Positions 24,722-38,134 of a stretch of DNA of 64,000 nucleotides are shown piece after piece. Numbering within the stretch: the first letter of the stretch is position 1; each line of letters begins with the position of its first letter. The stretch is taken from assembly GCA_004022145.1 (NCBI GenBank), contig RCNU01000011.1; one strand, written 5' to 3'. The position numbers were made by a program, and so were the translations under genes. This DNA is from Paecilomyces variotii (taxonomy: Eukaryota). The notes beneath the pieces are model-generated. The model was given only the letters and a program-made list of their open reading frames with translations. It searched no databases and was not told the DNA's origin.

Positions 24722-25916
24722 TCAGCGACCTCGGCCGTATCCTGGTTGTTGGAAACCGGGTGGTAATGGTGGAGGGTGTCCATGAGCGCCCATTTGCGGT
24801 GGGAATCCAGCAGGGCTGCCAAATCCAGGAGGTGGTATAGCCCCCTGGGGTGGAAACCCAGGCTGCTGACCAGCGTTATTGAAGCCGGGAGGTACAAATG
24901 CCTGTGGTCCTCCATAACCCGCCCGTGAGGGAGGTGGTCGTGCCGGGAGACCGGGAGGCAAAGCAGCAAGTGGCTGGGGAGGATGTATGGGCTTTTGTTG
25001 CTGCGCAGGCATTACGTTCTGGTAGCCAGCATTTGTAGGGGCGCCTCTTCCGACGCCAAAATCGGGGGTTGCACCGTTCGGGGGGCGAGCACCGTCGCTG
25101 TTAATTGTACCTGCTGGTATCATAGGAGCCCCTCCACCCACTACCTGTGGGGGAACTGGCTGAATCTGAGGCTGAACGTTATGTTTCCGTGCTTGTGCAG
25201 CGAGCATACGCTCTGCTTGATCACCGTGTCGTTCGCCCTTGCCATCTTTCTTATATGCGTACTGAACCGAAACCTCCTTGTTCATCAAATATTGACCGTT
25301 CATGTTGGCTATCGCTGCATCGGAGGCCTCGAAATCAGCGAATGATACAAAACCATAACCCTTCGATAGGTTGGCTTCATCGCGAGCGATCTATTGGAAG
25401 TTAGCGCATATTCCAGTAATTTTGCAATTAAGTGCGTGAATATTTACTTTTGGTATTGAGATAAGTGTCCCAAAGCGGCTGAAAGTATCGTAGAGCACTT
25501 GCTCCGTGACCATCGGAGCCAAGTTGCCAACGAACAGTTCCGCGCCGACCTCGACCGTCTTCTGTTTGTCTGCAGATGCTTTATTCACTCGTATAGGCTT
25601 GCCGTACAGGCGGACTCCATTCATTATCCGCGCAGCATATTCTGCATCTTCCTCACTGATAAACTCGACAAATCCGTAGCCCTGGTGCGTTTGGGTGACT
25701 CGATCTTTGGGAAGATGAACGTTAACAATGCGACCAGCCTGTAACATCAACTCCCATACGAGACTGTCTGTGACCCGTTCATCCAGATTTCCGATGTACA
25801 CAGTCGCTTCCTTGTCCTGTTCCCTATTGAATTATCAGCGCTGCCCAAGGACCAGTGTCTTTCTAGTTGGCTTTGAGAATTAAGAGGTGATCGTACCAGT
25901 GCCTTCCGCCCGACAT
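24722..25916 (-). CDS. sf3b4: Splicing factor 3B subunit 4 (SAP49/Hsh49): two RRMs plus Pro-rich tail
   Basis: MSGGRHW / [54 protein letters not shown]...; [24 protein letters not shown]. Confidence 0.95.
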
Positions 25917-26341
25917 GGCGACGATTCAATTGGCACCCTGCCTGAGGTTAACCACACAGACGAGAGAACTCCAAACGTATAAGCACGCGATAGCAGGAAA
26001 AAGGTAGCTGTGATTGTGCTGCAGTAAGCTGGTGAACGTGGGGATACCTGCAGAGTGAAAGTTGCAATGCGGGTTGGGAGCTCGGGGCGATCGTTGGTTA
26101 AGTGACGGAAGCTTATCCTTGCCTGTGCCTTGCGGCTCTAAAGAAATTTCGGCTCGGCGACTCGACGTATCTTGCTTTTAACTGCGGTCTCCGTCACTAC
26201 AACTCATCCACATCACCTTTACCCGACGTCTTTTCACGCCATCATAATTCGCTTTTGTTTCTTATAGTCTAGTTCCCTTCCTGAACACTCAAATTTGACC
26301 CGCCGTGTTTCTTTTTCGTTCACCAAAACACATTGCCCAAG

Positions 26342-26750
26342 ATGGTTCAGTTCTCAGAGGAAACCAAGGTCAGTGATGCTGTTTATATTCTCGCGAAGGC
26401 AAAGTACACTGACTCAAGGGTTTAGGAGCGCATCTCGAAGATCATTGACGTCTCTCGAGTCGCTATCCATTAGTGAGGCTCACAGCAATTCAGGTTTTAT
26501 GGAAACGTGGACTGACAGACGACCGTGTCTATAGCGGATACCTGCCTCTGATCATGTATCTCGGTATGCTACCTCCTCTGCTATTTCTGAATTTCTTCTC
26601 CGCCCTTCATTGTGCCATTACTGACATAGCACAGGCTACACCTACAGCGAGCCCCGACCATCGCTCTTCAAGTACCTATCCCTCCCGTTCACACTCGAGG
26701 TCAGCAGCACCTAACCTTCCATCAACAGGCTCTTCTCGCCGCTCGCATAA
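26342..26750 (+). CDS. tom7: Mitochondrial import receptor subunit Tom7 (5 tiny exons; missed by the ORF track)
   Basis: Manual splicing gives MVQFSEETK/ERISKIIDVSRVAIHY/GYLPLIMYL/GYTYSEPRPSLFK/LFSPLA*. Confidence 0.9.
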
Positions 26751-27344
26751 GATCCGACATGTAAGATAAGGATATGTTGTAATGATTGTCAACCGGGAGC
26801 CAGCGGCTTTATAGTGGCAATATGATCGACCTTTGAACTGGAATCTCTCTTCTCAAATGCCGCGTGTTCAGTGGAGGCAATTTCTATGTCTAGGCCACCC
26901 CAGCATATGGCTAATTATTTGTACTTTTATCTCATACGAAGCTCTTTCTTTTTTGGTGTCGTTGGTGCTTCGACATGATTTTATCTCCGTACGCGCCCGG
27001 CCTACCCAACCACTTCGGGCGCGCGGAAAACAAAATGGAATATATGCACAAGTATCCACTGGAATATATATAATGTTAAAGCTCTAAATAATCCCCTGGA
27101 TGATTTGTGGGGGCTGAGTCAGTTGCGCTCGTAAACTCCTCTGCCGGCTGGTCCGGGGCTGCGTCAATCTGGAAGCTACTTAACTAAGTAAATGAACTTG
27201 AGCTAGTTACTTGCGTAATAACCTTTTTAAGCTTCTACGCGCCCAGATACCTATAGACGTCCCCAGTCGCAAACTTCTTCCACCCCGTTTCAGCAGCACC
27301 ATCAGCTGAAACTACATGACCATCAAAAACGTGTCATCAAGTCC

Positions 27345-28447
27345 ATGACCGATAAAAATGCATTTTCGCCATCCGTGGTTGAGGCTATAGCGGGGTTTAC
27401 AGCAGGGGTGATCTCGACCCTTTGCTTCCATCCTCTCGATTTGATCAAGACTCGACTTCAAGGTATGGCATACCATATTCTTACCAATGCACACAATTAC
27501 CATCTTCGAACAATAATCGCAACGAGAAGAGAACAACTGAACTAACCAGCGTTATTGCAAAACTTCTAGTGGATCGGCAATCGTCGTCTCGAATCGGCAA
27601 TTCTCTGAGGGTGATCTCATGGATATATCAGAATGAAGGCGGTATTCCTGCCTTCTATCGGGGCCTCAGTCCCAATATTATAGGCAATTCGACCAGTTGG
27701 GCGTTCTATTTCCTCTCGTACGGCAAGGTCAAACAGGTGATGCAGACGCTGCGCGATAATGAACAGGATGTCCTCGGCTATTCGGATTATTTCATTGCGT
27801 CAGGAACAGCTGGTTAGTTTTGACCGTCGAGGGGGAAATCACCCCAAGGATACCTGAGAGAAATTTGTTAATAGACTTCTTCAGGTCTCTTAACTGCCGT
27901 TATTACAAATCCTATATGGGTCATAAAGACGCGCATGTTGTCGACCGGCTCGCATATTCCCGGAGCATATAAGTCTTTTGCATCCGGAGCGAAGGAGATA
28001 TTACGTACGGAAGGAATTGCGGGTTTCTACCGTGGTTTACTTCCTGCTCTTTTTGGCGTTAGCCATGGGGCGCTGCAGTTTATGGCTTACGAGAAGTTAA
28101 AACTGTACCGCCTTGAGACAATATCTCAAAGTACCATAACCACCACCGCAGGATCGGGCGGTATGGCCCAAGGCCTCAGCAATACCGACCTCCTCCTTGT
28201 CTCGAGTCTGTCGAAGATATTTGCTGGATGCATTACCTACCCATACCAGGTTCTGCGGGCTCGGTTACAGACTTACGATGCGGCCCTCATGTATCGAGGC
28301 GTTGCGGATGCTACCGTGCAGATATGGCGCAGAGAAGGCATCAAAGGGTATTATAAGGGACTCGGTCCTAATCTACTGAGAGTCCTTCCCAGCACGTGGA
28401 TGACATTCCTTGTATATGAAAACACCAAAGCTTACCTAACGGGTTAA
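27345..28447 (+). CDS. flx1: Mitochondrial carrier, FAD/folate transporter (Flx1/SLC25A32-like)
   Basis: Three carrier signatures HPLDLIKTRLQ, NPIWVIKTRML and YPYQVLRARLQ, plus GNSTSWAFYF and GVSHGALQFMAYE. Confidence 0.85.
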
Positions 28448-29085
28448 CAGTGAATAAAAAGACTACATGCCTACTATACAGCCAGGGACTCAGCCAGAAG
28501 AGTAGCCATATCTTACTCCTGGGTGTCCAAGAACAAGGACACTGGTTCATAATGCGCTTCTTGGACGGGTACTCTAGTCATCGTTTAGATGCCTTTTGAC
28601 AGTTGGGCGCGTCAACCTAGAACCCGACAATGAGTGCTACTCGTATGTAGTCTTTCGATGAAGAATTTGCCTTCCCGTTATCCGTTGCCTTCTGCCCAAA
28701 TATCAAAGTAATCCGCCAGCACCAGATATGTAGCCAGAGGGATGGTTTGAGAGCTACCCCTGTATGCACGAAATTCCTATCTTCACGCCGTGACCGAAAA
28801 GCTGTCTTATGGGGGCAATTATCGTTAGGGACAGAGATATATGCATACGTTGAGCTCCGCAGCAGTGCTGCACTTCCCTGATCTCACAATCATCAAGATT
28901 TAAGCCAGAAGCCAAAAGAAGATCATCGGCAAGGACTCGAAAATGGACGTAACTCTGAAGCTGGAGCCAGTCTTTATGTGAGATATATATATCTAGTTAA
29001 TGAGAATCCATATTCACACCTCTAGGGACAACACAACCCCCGTCGATCCCTCTCCGGTCAGAAAGCGACTCCGCTGGGCCTTTGA

Positions 29086-30540
29086 TCAGGCCATACCGGA
29101 TCGTATTTGCACATCGTCGTCGCTACTGAATCCTTCATGCGAGGATAGCTCGAACCTATGGTGATGTATGCTGCTGTCGTCGTGACTGATACTTGCCCTC
29201 CTGAGCCTGTGTTCCCCATCCACCGGTGAACTTGATTTGGTACCGGAGGAAGAAGAGATCCGACGATCCTTGCCTCTGCCTTTGATACCTTTGTTGCTGT
29301 TCTTGTAGAGCTCCGCGAAGTGTTCCCAGAGCTCTCGATCCTTGGGAGTCATCGGGTCCCCTTCACTCATGGAGGAGAATTTTATCGTGAGGTTCCGTAT
29401 TGTCGCTGCATGGAACTTGTTCTGGTGCGACTGTTGTTGTTCTATAAGCGAATGCTAAATGGTATGGGGAGATGCAGAAGATCCAAACCTTGAGGTTTCC
29501 AAGCTGTGTAAACTGCTTTCCGCAATCATCCAGGCGGCAGGTGAAGGGCTTCGCCTGTTCGTGTGTGATTTTATGAGCACGCACATTACCCCGTTGAGCG
29601 AATCGCTTCTGGCAGATATCGCAGGAGTAGGGCTTTTCGCCGGTGTGTCGTCTTTCATGGGTCTGCATGATGGAATATCGACGTTAGATCCTTTGACTTG
29701 ATACTTTCCAAGAGCCACATCACACATACCTTGAGATTTCCTAGCTGCGAGAAGCGTTGGCCGCAAGACGGTTCCTTGCATACCTGTGTGATGAATCCAG
29801 ATTGTGTGAGTAATTTCATCTTTTATGTTTAGCAGACATACGTCTTCACTCACAAATGGTTTGTCGCCAGTATGAGCTCGCATATGTATATCAAGATGAG
29901 TCTTCTGCGAGAAGCTCTTTTTGCAATGGGGCAAGGTGCATTCATACTTGCGTTTTGACTTCTGATTAGTCGGTTTCGAAGTAACTGGGCCTTCCAGCTG
30001 TTGGTTCGAATACGGCGGCGTGTAAGTGGCATTTCCAGCGTGAGATAGCTCTTGAAACGATGGCAGTTGGTGAGAGGGCTGATGAGATCCGGCTGGAACG
30101 GACTTGGATTGTATCGCTTTCATCAGCATATCGACCTCTGTCGAAAACGCCGGCTCAGTGGCCTTACTTTGCTTTCCCTCATTCGATGTAGGTCCAAAAG
30201 CAAGAGTATCCAGTCGAAGGTCGGGGACCTGGTCGGGTCTGAAGGATGATCCCCTGGATTCCCCCGGGAGAATGTTCCTTCCATGACGGATATTCGGGGG
30301 CGAATGTGGGTGAGGAGGCTGTGATCTGGGCCCAAACAGCTGTTGGTAATGTCCTGGAAGGGTGTTAAGGATGTTGTGTCCGTATCCATAGGGCGAATGA
30401 CACGGAGACGCATATGTGACTGGGGAACTGGAATAGAAAGGAAGAGCATGGTCCATGTTTGAAACCATTAGACGCCGGCTCGACAGACCCCCAATATTGT
30501 GAGCAGAAAGATCGTATGGAAGGGGAACTCCTGTCTCCAT
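29086..30540 (-). CDS. azf1: C2H2 zinc-finger transcription factor, Azf1-like (4 fingers)
   Basis: Fingers [63 protein letters not shown] and [15 protein letters not shown], followed by the [14 protein letters not shown] motif typical of Azf1. Start at 30540 (METGVP) is inferred. Confidence 0.85.
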
Positions 30541-33500
30541 TTTTGGTAGCAGAGAGGGCAGAGCCGCTCGCAACGCTGGCAGGTGTAACGCTTTCCCCAA
30601 CCAGATCAACGTCGAAAATCAGCCACACCACAAAAGCAGGGTGAAACGAAAAAATACGGCAGGTGATATTTGAGGAAGGTAGGGGAATATGTTTGTGGTC
30701 TTCTGTGTCTTTCTCTCCTTTCAGTGGAAACTGAGTGAGGATGAAGAGCGTTCTCAACACACGGAACAGCCACTCCTGAGGACTCTCGAAGACCACAGCG
30801 GTGCTTTCCAGTTGCAAATAGCAGTTGCCTCAGATCACACAAGAGAACCTGCTGAGATTTGAGTCCGTGATACCTTGGGAGGGTCGACTTCTCGATGACA
30901 GTGTAAGCGCGTATCTGAAGTCCACGGTGGAGATCTACAACTAGATATAGGGAACCAGCGGGCCCCGACAGCGGCAGTCAACAAGTGGGTAGGGGACTAC
31001 ATGGCGGACCAGGCATCTGGGACTCATTAGACAGGTTGGGGCGGTTCGGCATCTCCACAGGCCATCTGTTTTGTCGATGTACATGTATGTATGTACATAC
31101 ATACATACCGAGCGGACCCCAGGGTCTGCGACGGACCGGCATAGGGCAGGAAACAGCCAAGAGCTCATTAAAACGGCGGGTGCCCAAGCAGGTGGACTTC
31201 CTAGCGTGCAGATAAGCCGCTTAAGGAACGCCGGCAGACAGGACAAGTGGGTGATTTGCATCGGACCGGGCTGCCATCTCTAGATACAGTGGCTATAACA
31301 CTGCGTGGAGCGAGCGTTTCTTGGAATGCCAGGCCAATCGCGGAAGACCAGGCTGTTCCCGCTCCTGGAAGTCCAGCCGGGCAGCCAACGCCATGGGATA
31401 ATCCGTGCAGCATCAAATGAGACTAAGAGGCGTTCTCACCTGTTGTTCGCGCCGGGAGCCTAGGGCACGTCAGCTACTGGCCTTGTCCGGTTTGGGGGCA
31501 GCTGGAGAACGAGTCTTTCTTCCATCAGGTCCAAGGAACGAAACCGCAGGCAAAGATGGCGCCCAGGCTATTAGCTCGTTCTCGTGGGGTCCTTCCCTCG
31601 GATCGTTGGAGATCAGAGAAGAGAAGCTAAGCTGGAAGGTTTCGACGAAACAAGCTAAAGGATCTCTTCTACGATGTACGGAGTACAGTATATTCAAGGA
31701 ACGTTCGCTGACTGTGTTACAGGCCCACCATAACATGCTTATCATCAGCGGGCAGCATCGAGATGGCCGAGAGGAATGGAATATTCTATGAATAATAGCA
31801 ACAGCCAATAGCCAATAGTCCGTTATACAGCACACAAGACCATTCATCGATATGTCTCCGATGTTGAATACAGACTCATATATCTCACACATCTCAGAGC
31901 AATAGAATGTCTCGAGTCATCCACCCACTGGACGGATTGGTCTCCTACCATCGCTTCCGCGAGCCATCTAAACTTGGAAGAGCAAGCAATGAACCATTGT
32001 TTGGACTCCAACGAAGATCGCTTAGAATGAGAATGACACAGTCGGAAGTCCGATACGCTGCGGTAGGCCCACCGTGTGAGGCGGAAGGAGGTCGAGAAGA
32101 TTCCTGTCCTGACAGTCGAATCTTCAGACTGGCCGTCTCAGATCATGACAGCGCGAACCAAGCATGGCTGGCGGGGAAGAAACATGCCCACTGTAGGGAC
32201 TTCCATGATCGACAGGCAGGCGAGCGCCTGCTCAGACGCTAAGGACGGTAAGCGTGGGCGTTCGACTTATGATCTCGCGAGAAAAGAGGGTTACGGACCG
32301 CAGTTAGCGCTGCTGATAACTACTGGTTCTCTACCCAGACGGAAATGCCGACGATGCATAGATAGATTCTCTGCTCTAGTTTAAGATCCCCTAAGGTCGG
32401 GAAGCGCGGAGGCATGATGATGGAGCAACACTCTGAGTCTGACCTAACTTAGCGGGAAAGGCAAGGATAGTCATAGCTAATCTACCAGCCATGAACATGC
32501 GGTACTGTGGGCAAAGACTTACAGCGGCCAACTTGGGGGCTGGAAGACGGTAAAGAGTGGCAGGGGGGCAGACAATTTCAGGAGGTTTGCGGGCTTGCTT
32601 GGACAATGAGAATGAGACGGTGAGAAAATGGTCGATGTCAGATCACAGGCAGTGGATCCTGCTGCTGCAACACCTTCGAGATCTTCCCCCCTCTCCCACG
32701 CATGACAAAGAGGCAGCAGCCGTCAAGGCTGCGGATTTGCAGTCACGTATTATATTGTTGCGTTTCATTCTCATGGAAGAGTGTCGCTGATTAGACGGAC
32801 CAGGACTTTTCGACATCATGGCGCATACAGTGCGGGTGAAGAGAGGATAGACTATGGCAACTATTATGCCCTGATGACTCCTCTTCATCTGATGTGATAT
32901 CCATGTACGGAGTAGTAGCCCTCTACACTCCCTTGCTCCGGATTCTGTTACTGACACAGAGCACTAGTGAACTAAGTTAGCTAACGTTAGCACGATGGGA
33001 TGTTGTCATCCGGTCCCTGTAACTCGGGCCTCGTATGTTCCTGCAGCCATGCAGGTCGTCTTGCGATAGAGCCGCCAGGAGCTCTGAAGCGCCACGGCTC
33101 CAACCGAGCGAGGGCCGTTCTGTAGAGAGCGTCGAGTACTCGCTACATTGAGTAAAAAAACAGAGAAGGCTGTGTGCCGCTCGTGCGAGACACGTTCTAA
33201 CCGCCGGGCGATTGTTCCACCATCACCACCACCATCACGCTTTCCAACTCGTTTCTGGCAGTTCTCAATTCGACTCCATCCGGGTCACACGAGAACTGGT
33301 TCTCGCTGGCAGCAGGACGAGATTGACCGCCGAACCGCAATCTCAGATCTTGCAGATCGATCGCTACGAGCAACCTTATGATAGAACTACTTCAAAGCAT
33401 CAAGGTCTCGTATTTACGCTAGGGAAGACGCAGGCGGGTCCGTGGGGGATGCTGCGGTGTGAGAAGAAGAATGGACTCTGCGGTTTGGGGAACTTGTCGT

Positions 33501-34589
33501 CGCCACGTCGCCGTTCTGCGGGCTTGAGAAAATAATCCTTAGCCGCCAATGGCACCAGAAAATTCGAGGCCGAAAACCCATCATTGGAGGAAAATCGCCC
33601 TTGCACCAGGTGACCCCCCGACGACAGTGCTAAAACAGAGGCTCTTCAGCCACACCCGGACCATGTATTAGAATGATATTCACCAAGATCCAGCTAAAGA
33701 TGAAACGCATCTGAACTACTTCGTCACAGTGCTTTTTTCTTTCTTTTCTTTTTCTGAGAGGCATTTCTCCACGAAGTTAAATGGAATTACAGCCGAGCTT
33801 CTTCCTCGCCGACTGACCCAGCCGTTCCCCAGTCCGAACATGTTGATACGAGAATATCATCCGGGCGGTTTAAGTAGTGGGTTCTAGCATGCTTCTAACT
33901 TCGGAGTCTGAGTCGACTCCGACCTTAGAGTGAAGAGACTATTTCACAACCCCTGTTGGAACATTCGCCGACAAAAAATCACCATTGGTTAACAGAGTCG
34001 CACCTCGCGAAACTCCATCCACGGATATGACATGGATAAAATTGTGAACTTTCTCTCTTTTCCTTATTTATCCGTTTCGCGGATATGCCCGCCTTGCCCT
34101 GGCCACGCTGGCGTCGATCCTATTCGTATCCCTATAACCGCTCTCCTGGCGCGGTTCCTCGAAAATAAAGAAGACAGAAGAAAAGGTTCTCTTGACATCA
34201 TATCAGAAACGCAAAGATGCCCTGACGGGTTACCGGAAGACGGAAAGAACTCCGATAATCGGGGTGACATGCTCAGTATGGTACTCAGTACTTACCAGAC
34301 GACCTTGATTGACATTATTATACTCTAGTGTATGGCAGAGTACACCTAACTGCCTTATATCTGATTGGACATTTATTCTCTTTGCCCCTGCATAACGTTC
34401 ACATGATCCGCCACAGTTTTTTTTTTTCTTAATTTAATTTATTTTACCGCCTCTCAGCCCAGATTGCAAGGTTAACTGAACAGAACATGTCTCACTAGCG
34501 TGGTAGTCACCCAGACTAGATAGAATAATACTATCATAATACACGAAATATCAACATGTTACCCTAGCACTTATTTAACCAGGATCGAA

Positions 34590-34870
34590 TTAGAAATTAG
34601 TTAGTTAACTGTAACTATGTAGTACTTAGTTAGTCAGTTGCCTAACTTATTATTATTAGTTATTATTATAGCCCTTGAATAATAAATATAAGACCAAGAG
34701 CTTCGGCTTCTTTTCCCGCAGGAACGCTTACATGAAATGCATAGTATAACGCTATTATTATTATTAGTTATTATTATCACTTACTGACTAACTAGGCAAC
34801 TAGCTTGAAAAATGATAATATCTTATCAATCTATTTATCCTAGGCAGGTAGAGACACTAGTTAGTTAGGT
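34590..34870. repeat. AT-rich low-complexity island with direct and inverted repeats
   Basis: TATTATTATTAGTTATTATTAT at 34648 and 34756; inverted pair AGTTAGTCAG (34628) / CTGACTAACT (34784). Confidence 0.6.
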
Positions 34871-35552
34871 GTTATCCTGAATGACTAATTCGGATATCAT
34901 TGAAAATCAGTAGCTATGTGTATACAAAAGTTATTACTTCCCAGGACCATCCTACCAAATCTACATGAAGGTACCATGGAATAATCAGCCAGAGTGAAGA
35001 ATACACAATGGACTTACTGTACTAAGTACGGCTTTTACTCCCATTAGTGGTCTCATCAAGCGCCAGGTACCGCATGTTAGGGACAAGAGCAAGAAATACA
35101 AGTTCGTAAAGAAAAAGCCAGAGTTATTCAGAAAAAGTCATACGGAATTCATACGGATTGCTCTTCCCTCTTTTTTGAAGATACCAAGTATTGAAGACAA
35201 GCCAGTTCGTAGGATGACTCCAGAGGAGCAACGGACGAGACAAGCTAGAACCAGACCAACCAAGAAGGGCGGCAAAGGCGGACCATTTAAATCGAACATC
35301 AACATCATTCCCAGCTTAATCGCCCACTCTCCTTTTGTTGCCCACAGCTCGGTAGAGCTCCGTGAGCAAGGCTGGCCCGAAGAGAGACTACCGAAACGGG
35401 GGAGGTTGACCCTTCTCCAAATTCCCCGGACAATGAAAATGCGCGAACCCGAGCAGAATCGAAGCCAAACACTGTGAGAACACATGAAAACACACAAGGA
35501 AGAAGAGATCACAGTTGCGCCGCCGGTGTCCCCCAGATAACAAACACATCAT

Positions 35553-37905
35553 CTATCTGCCAGTGTACGAGGAGTATCTGAAGTTGACCAGTTAGCACGG
35601 ATCATTCCGATTGTACAGGGGATTCGTTTAAGTGTCAGTCTTACGACGGAGGTGCAAGGTATACTAACCTCCAAATCCTTGCACGCATGTCACCACTTCC
35701 GGTCGCAAAGAGGTTGTTCGTGGGGCTAGGTGCCACGGAGATCACTGCGCAAAGTGTCAGTTGAGAAGTCTGGTGCAAGAGATGAATGGAAACCCACCAG
35801 AGTTCTTGTGACCCTGAAGCATCATCTGGGCTGCTCCGGTTATGGGATCCCAGAACTGGACTCCGCGGTCCTTCGATCCACTCATGACCCAGTGTCCGTC
35901 GGGGGTCAGGCAGACACTCAGAACAAAGTCCTGAAAAGCACATGTCAGCATCGTCGCTTCAAACAAACCACTACCGGCCTCAATGAAGCATATCACCCAC
36001 CTTGTGTCCCTCGAAAGTGCGGACGCATTTGCCGCCCTTGACGCCGCTTCCCGGCAGAAGACCCCGGGGCGCGGTGAGTTCCCACATCTTGATGGTCTTG
36101 TCCAAACTACCCGAGACAAGGTCACGGCCGTTGGGTGCGAACGCGACCGAGTAGACACTGTCCTTGTGTCCGTCGGGGCTCTCGAGACGCTCCACCAGGT
36201 ATCCTGTCGTCGTGTCCCAGACACGAACGCTCTTGTCGAGAGAGCCGGCCGCAACGTAGTGACCGTCGGGAGACATGGCCACAGTGGTAACACCATCCTC
36301 AATGCTCAAGGTGTACACAAGCTTGCCGTCCAAAACATCCCAAAGGCGCACAGTCTTGTCACCACTTCCGGAAGCGATGTAGCGGCCGTTACCAGCAAAG
36401 TCAAGGGAGTAGATGTCTTGCTCATGTCCGGAAAAGATGTGCTTAATAGAACGAGTGGCAATATCCCAAACCTGTCAGAACAAGAAAAAAAACCCAAGTT
36501 AGCAGACTGGCAACAAACAGACAACACTAATTGCAATCAACTTGATGGCATATCCTACCCGAATCTGCTTATCCTCGGCACCAGTGGCCAGGTACTTTCC
36601 ATCCGGACTGAAGCAAACGCTACGGATGTAAAGGTCACCGTCCTTATCTACGCTTTCATCCTGCAGAGTCGCAACATTCTGGCCGGTGGTAACATCGAAG
36701 ATCTGAGCCGAACGGTTGCATCCGGTCGCAACGTACTTGCCATCGCGGCTGAATCTCACGCAGCAGACGACGCTGTCATGGACAAGATGGTGCACCAGCT
36801 CGACGTCCAGAACTCTCTGCACCTCCGGGTTGAAAACCGCATACCAGTCGGGACCCTCCCTCTTCTGCGACGCAGGCAAGTCGTCAGGGTTCCAGTTGGC
36901 GAGACAGTTTCCGGGACGCTCCCGCACGAGAGCCTGACTGGGAGGCGTCGGACGAGGGATCTGAGGCGAAGCTCTAGGATCGGAATAAGCGAGCTGGTGG
37001 CTCTGCTGGGGAGTTGCGGGACCTGGAGGGCGTGCTCCTCGCTTTCCGGGACCGGGGGAAGCGGTTGGTGGGGGAGGAGGACCGTAACCTGAAACAAACG
37101 ACACCGACACCTGTCAGCCACGCAAAGAATCGATCACACACCCAATTGCAACATACCGTTCACAGCAGCACCGGGCTGGTATCCCCCAAAAGAGCTCTGC
37201 GGTGGCTGGGGCGGTCCTGGCTGGGCCCCGGGGGCAGGCTGTTGAAGGGTATGCTGGGGCGGCTGCTGATCCTGGGGAGGGGGAGGGGCAAGACCGGGAC
37301 CACTACCTCCTTGGTTGGCCATGATGCCGCCAAACAGATTACTAGGACCGTGGCCCAAGGCGGGCGGTGGTGCCTGAGAAGGGCCCGCGTGCGGTGGAGG
37401 GCCTCCAACATGAGAGGGCACTGTCTGAACACCGCGCGATTCCAGCTCATGTCGCAGAACTCGAATTTCGGCCTCGTAGCTGTAGTTGGGGGAGGGCGAT
37501 GGTTAGCAACGAGCTTAGCGCGTGGAAGGAGACGAGGTGACATACTCTGCCTTCATCTTGAGTTGGGCCTGTTCTAGCTGATAGACCTTGGATCTGATCA
37601 TCTCCATCTCCTGAAGCTGTCCGGTCACTATAACGAGACGTCAGTCACTGGAAAAAAAAAGATCCTCTGTCACGCGTCGAACCCATGGAGCTCGTGCGCG
37701 TACGATCTCATGGGAGCCGTCGCGCGGGGCAATCGGTGGTCTATGGGGCAAAAGGTGAGAGGCAAACGAAGGGCAGATGCGTACATTGATGCTCGAACTC
37801 TCCTGTGCTTCTCGATTGGTTTTCGAACTCCTGGCGCAGCTGGTCCAACAGCTCCGTGAGGCGGCTGTTGGAGGCCGGCACCATTCCACGATGTGCGTTG
37901 TACAT
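35553..37905 (-). CDS. rcoA: General transcriptional corepressor Tup1/RcoA (Tup_N plus WD40 repeats)
   Basis: [105 protein letters not shown]. Confidence 0.96.
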
Positions 37906-37927
37906 GGCGGCAGTCACAACAAGCAAG

Positions 37928-38134
37928 CTGTCAGGTTGATATTATATTATCAGGCGACACGATCTGGTATCGCCGCCGCTCGCGATGAAGTCCAGGCGAA
38001 AGGAAACCGGAAAGGGCCTGCGAGGGGATGTCAGTGCTGTCGCATTACCGCGCGGAGGGCCGGTCGGGACCAAACAGGTCGGTCGCTTCTGCGTCGATGA
38101 CTGGCCAGGGAGAAACGAGAAGACGTAAACTGAC
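37928..38134 (-). other. Predicted intron in the Tup1/rcoA 5' leader
   Basis: Donor GTCAGT at 38134 and acceptor CTGACAG ending at 37928, 22 nt before the ATG. The only upstream ATG between 37906 and 38529 lies inside this interval. Confidence 0.6.

Noticed and set aside
35983-37092. 369-aa plus-strand ORF
   Set aside because: Antisense shadow of the GC-rich, codon-biased Tup1 WD40 exons; no recognisable motifs.
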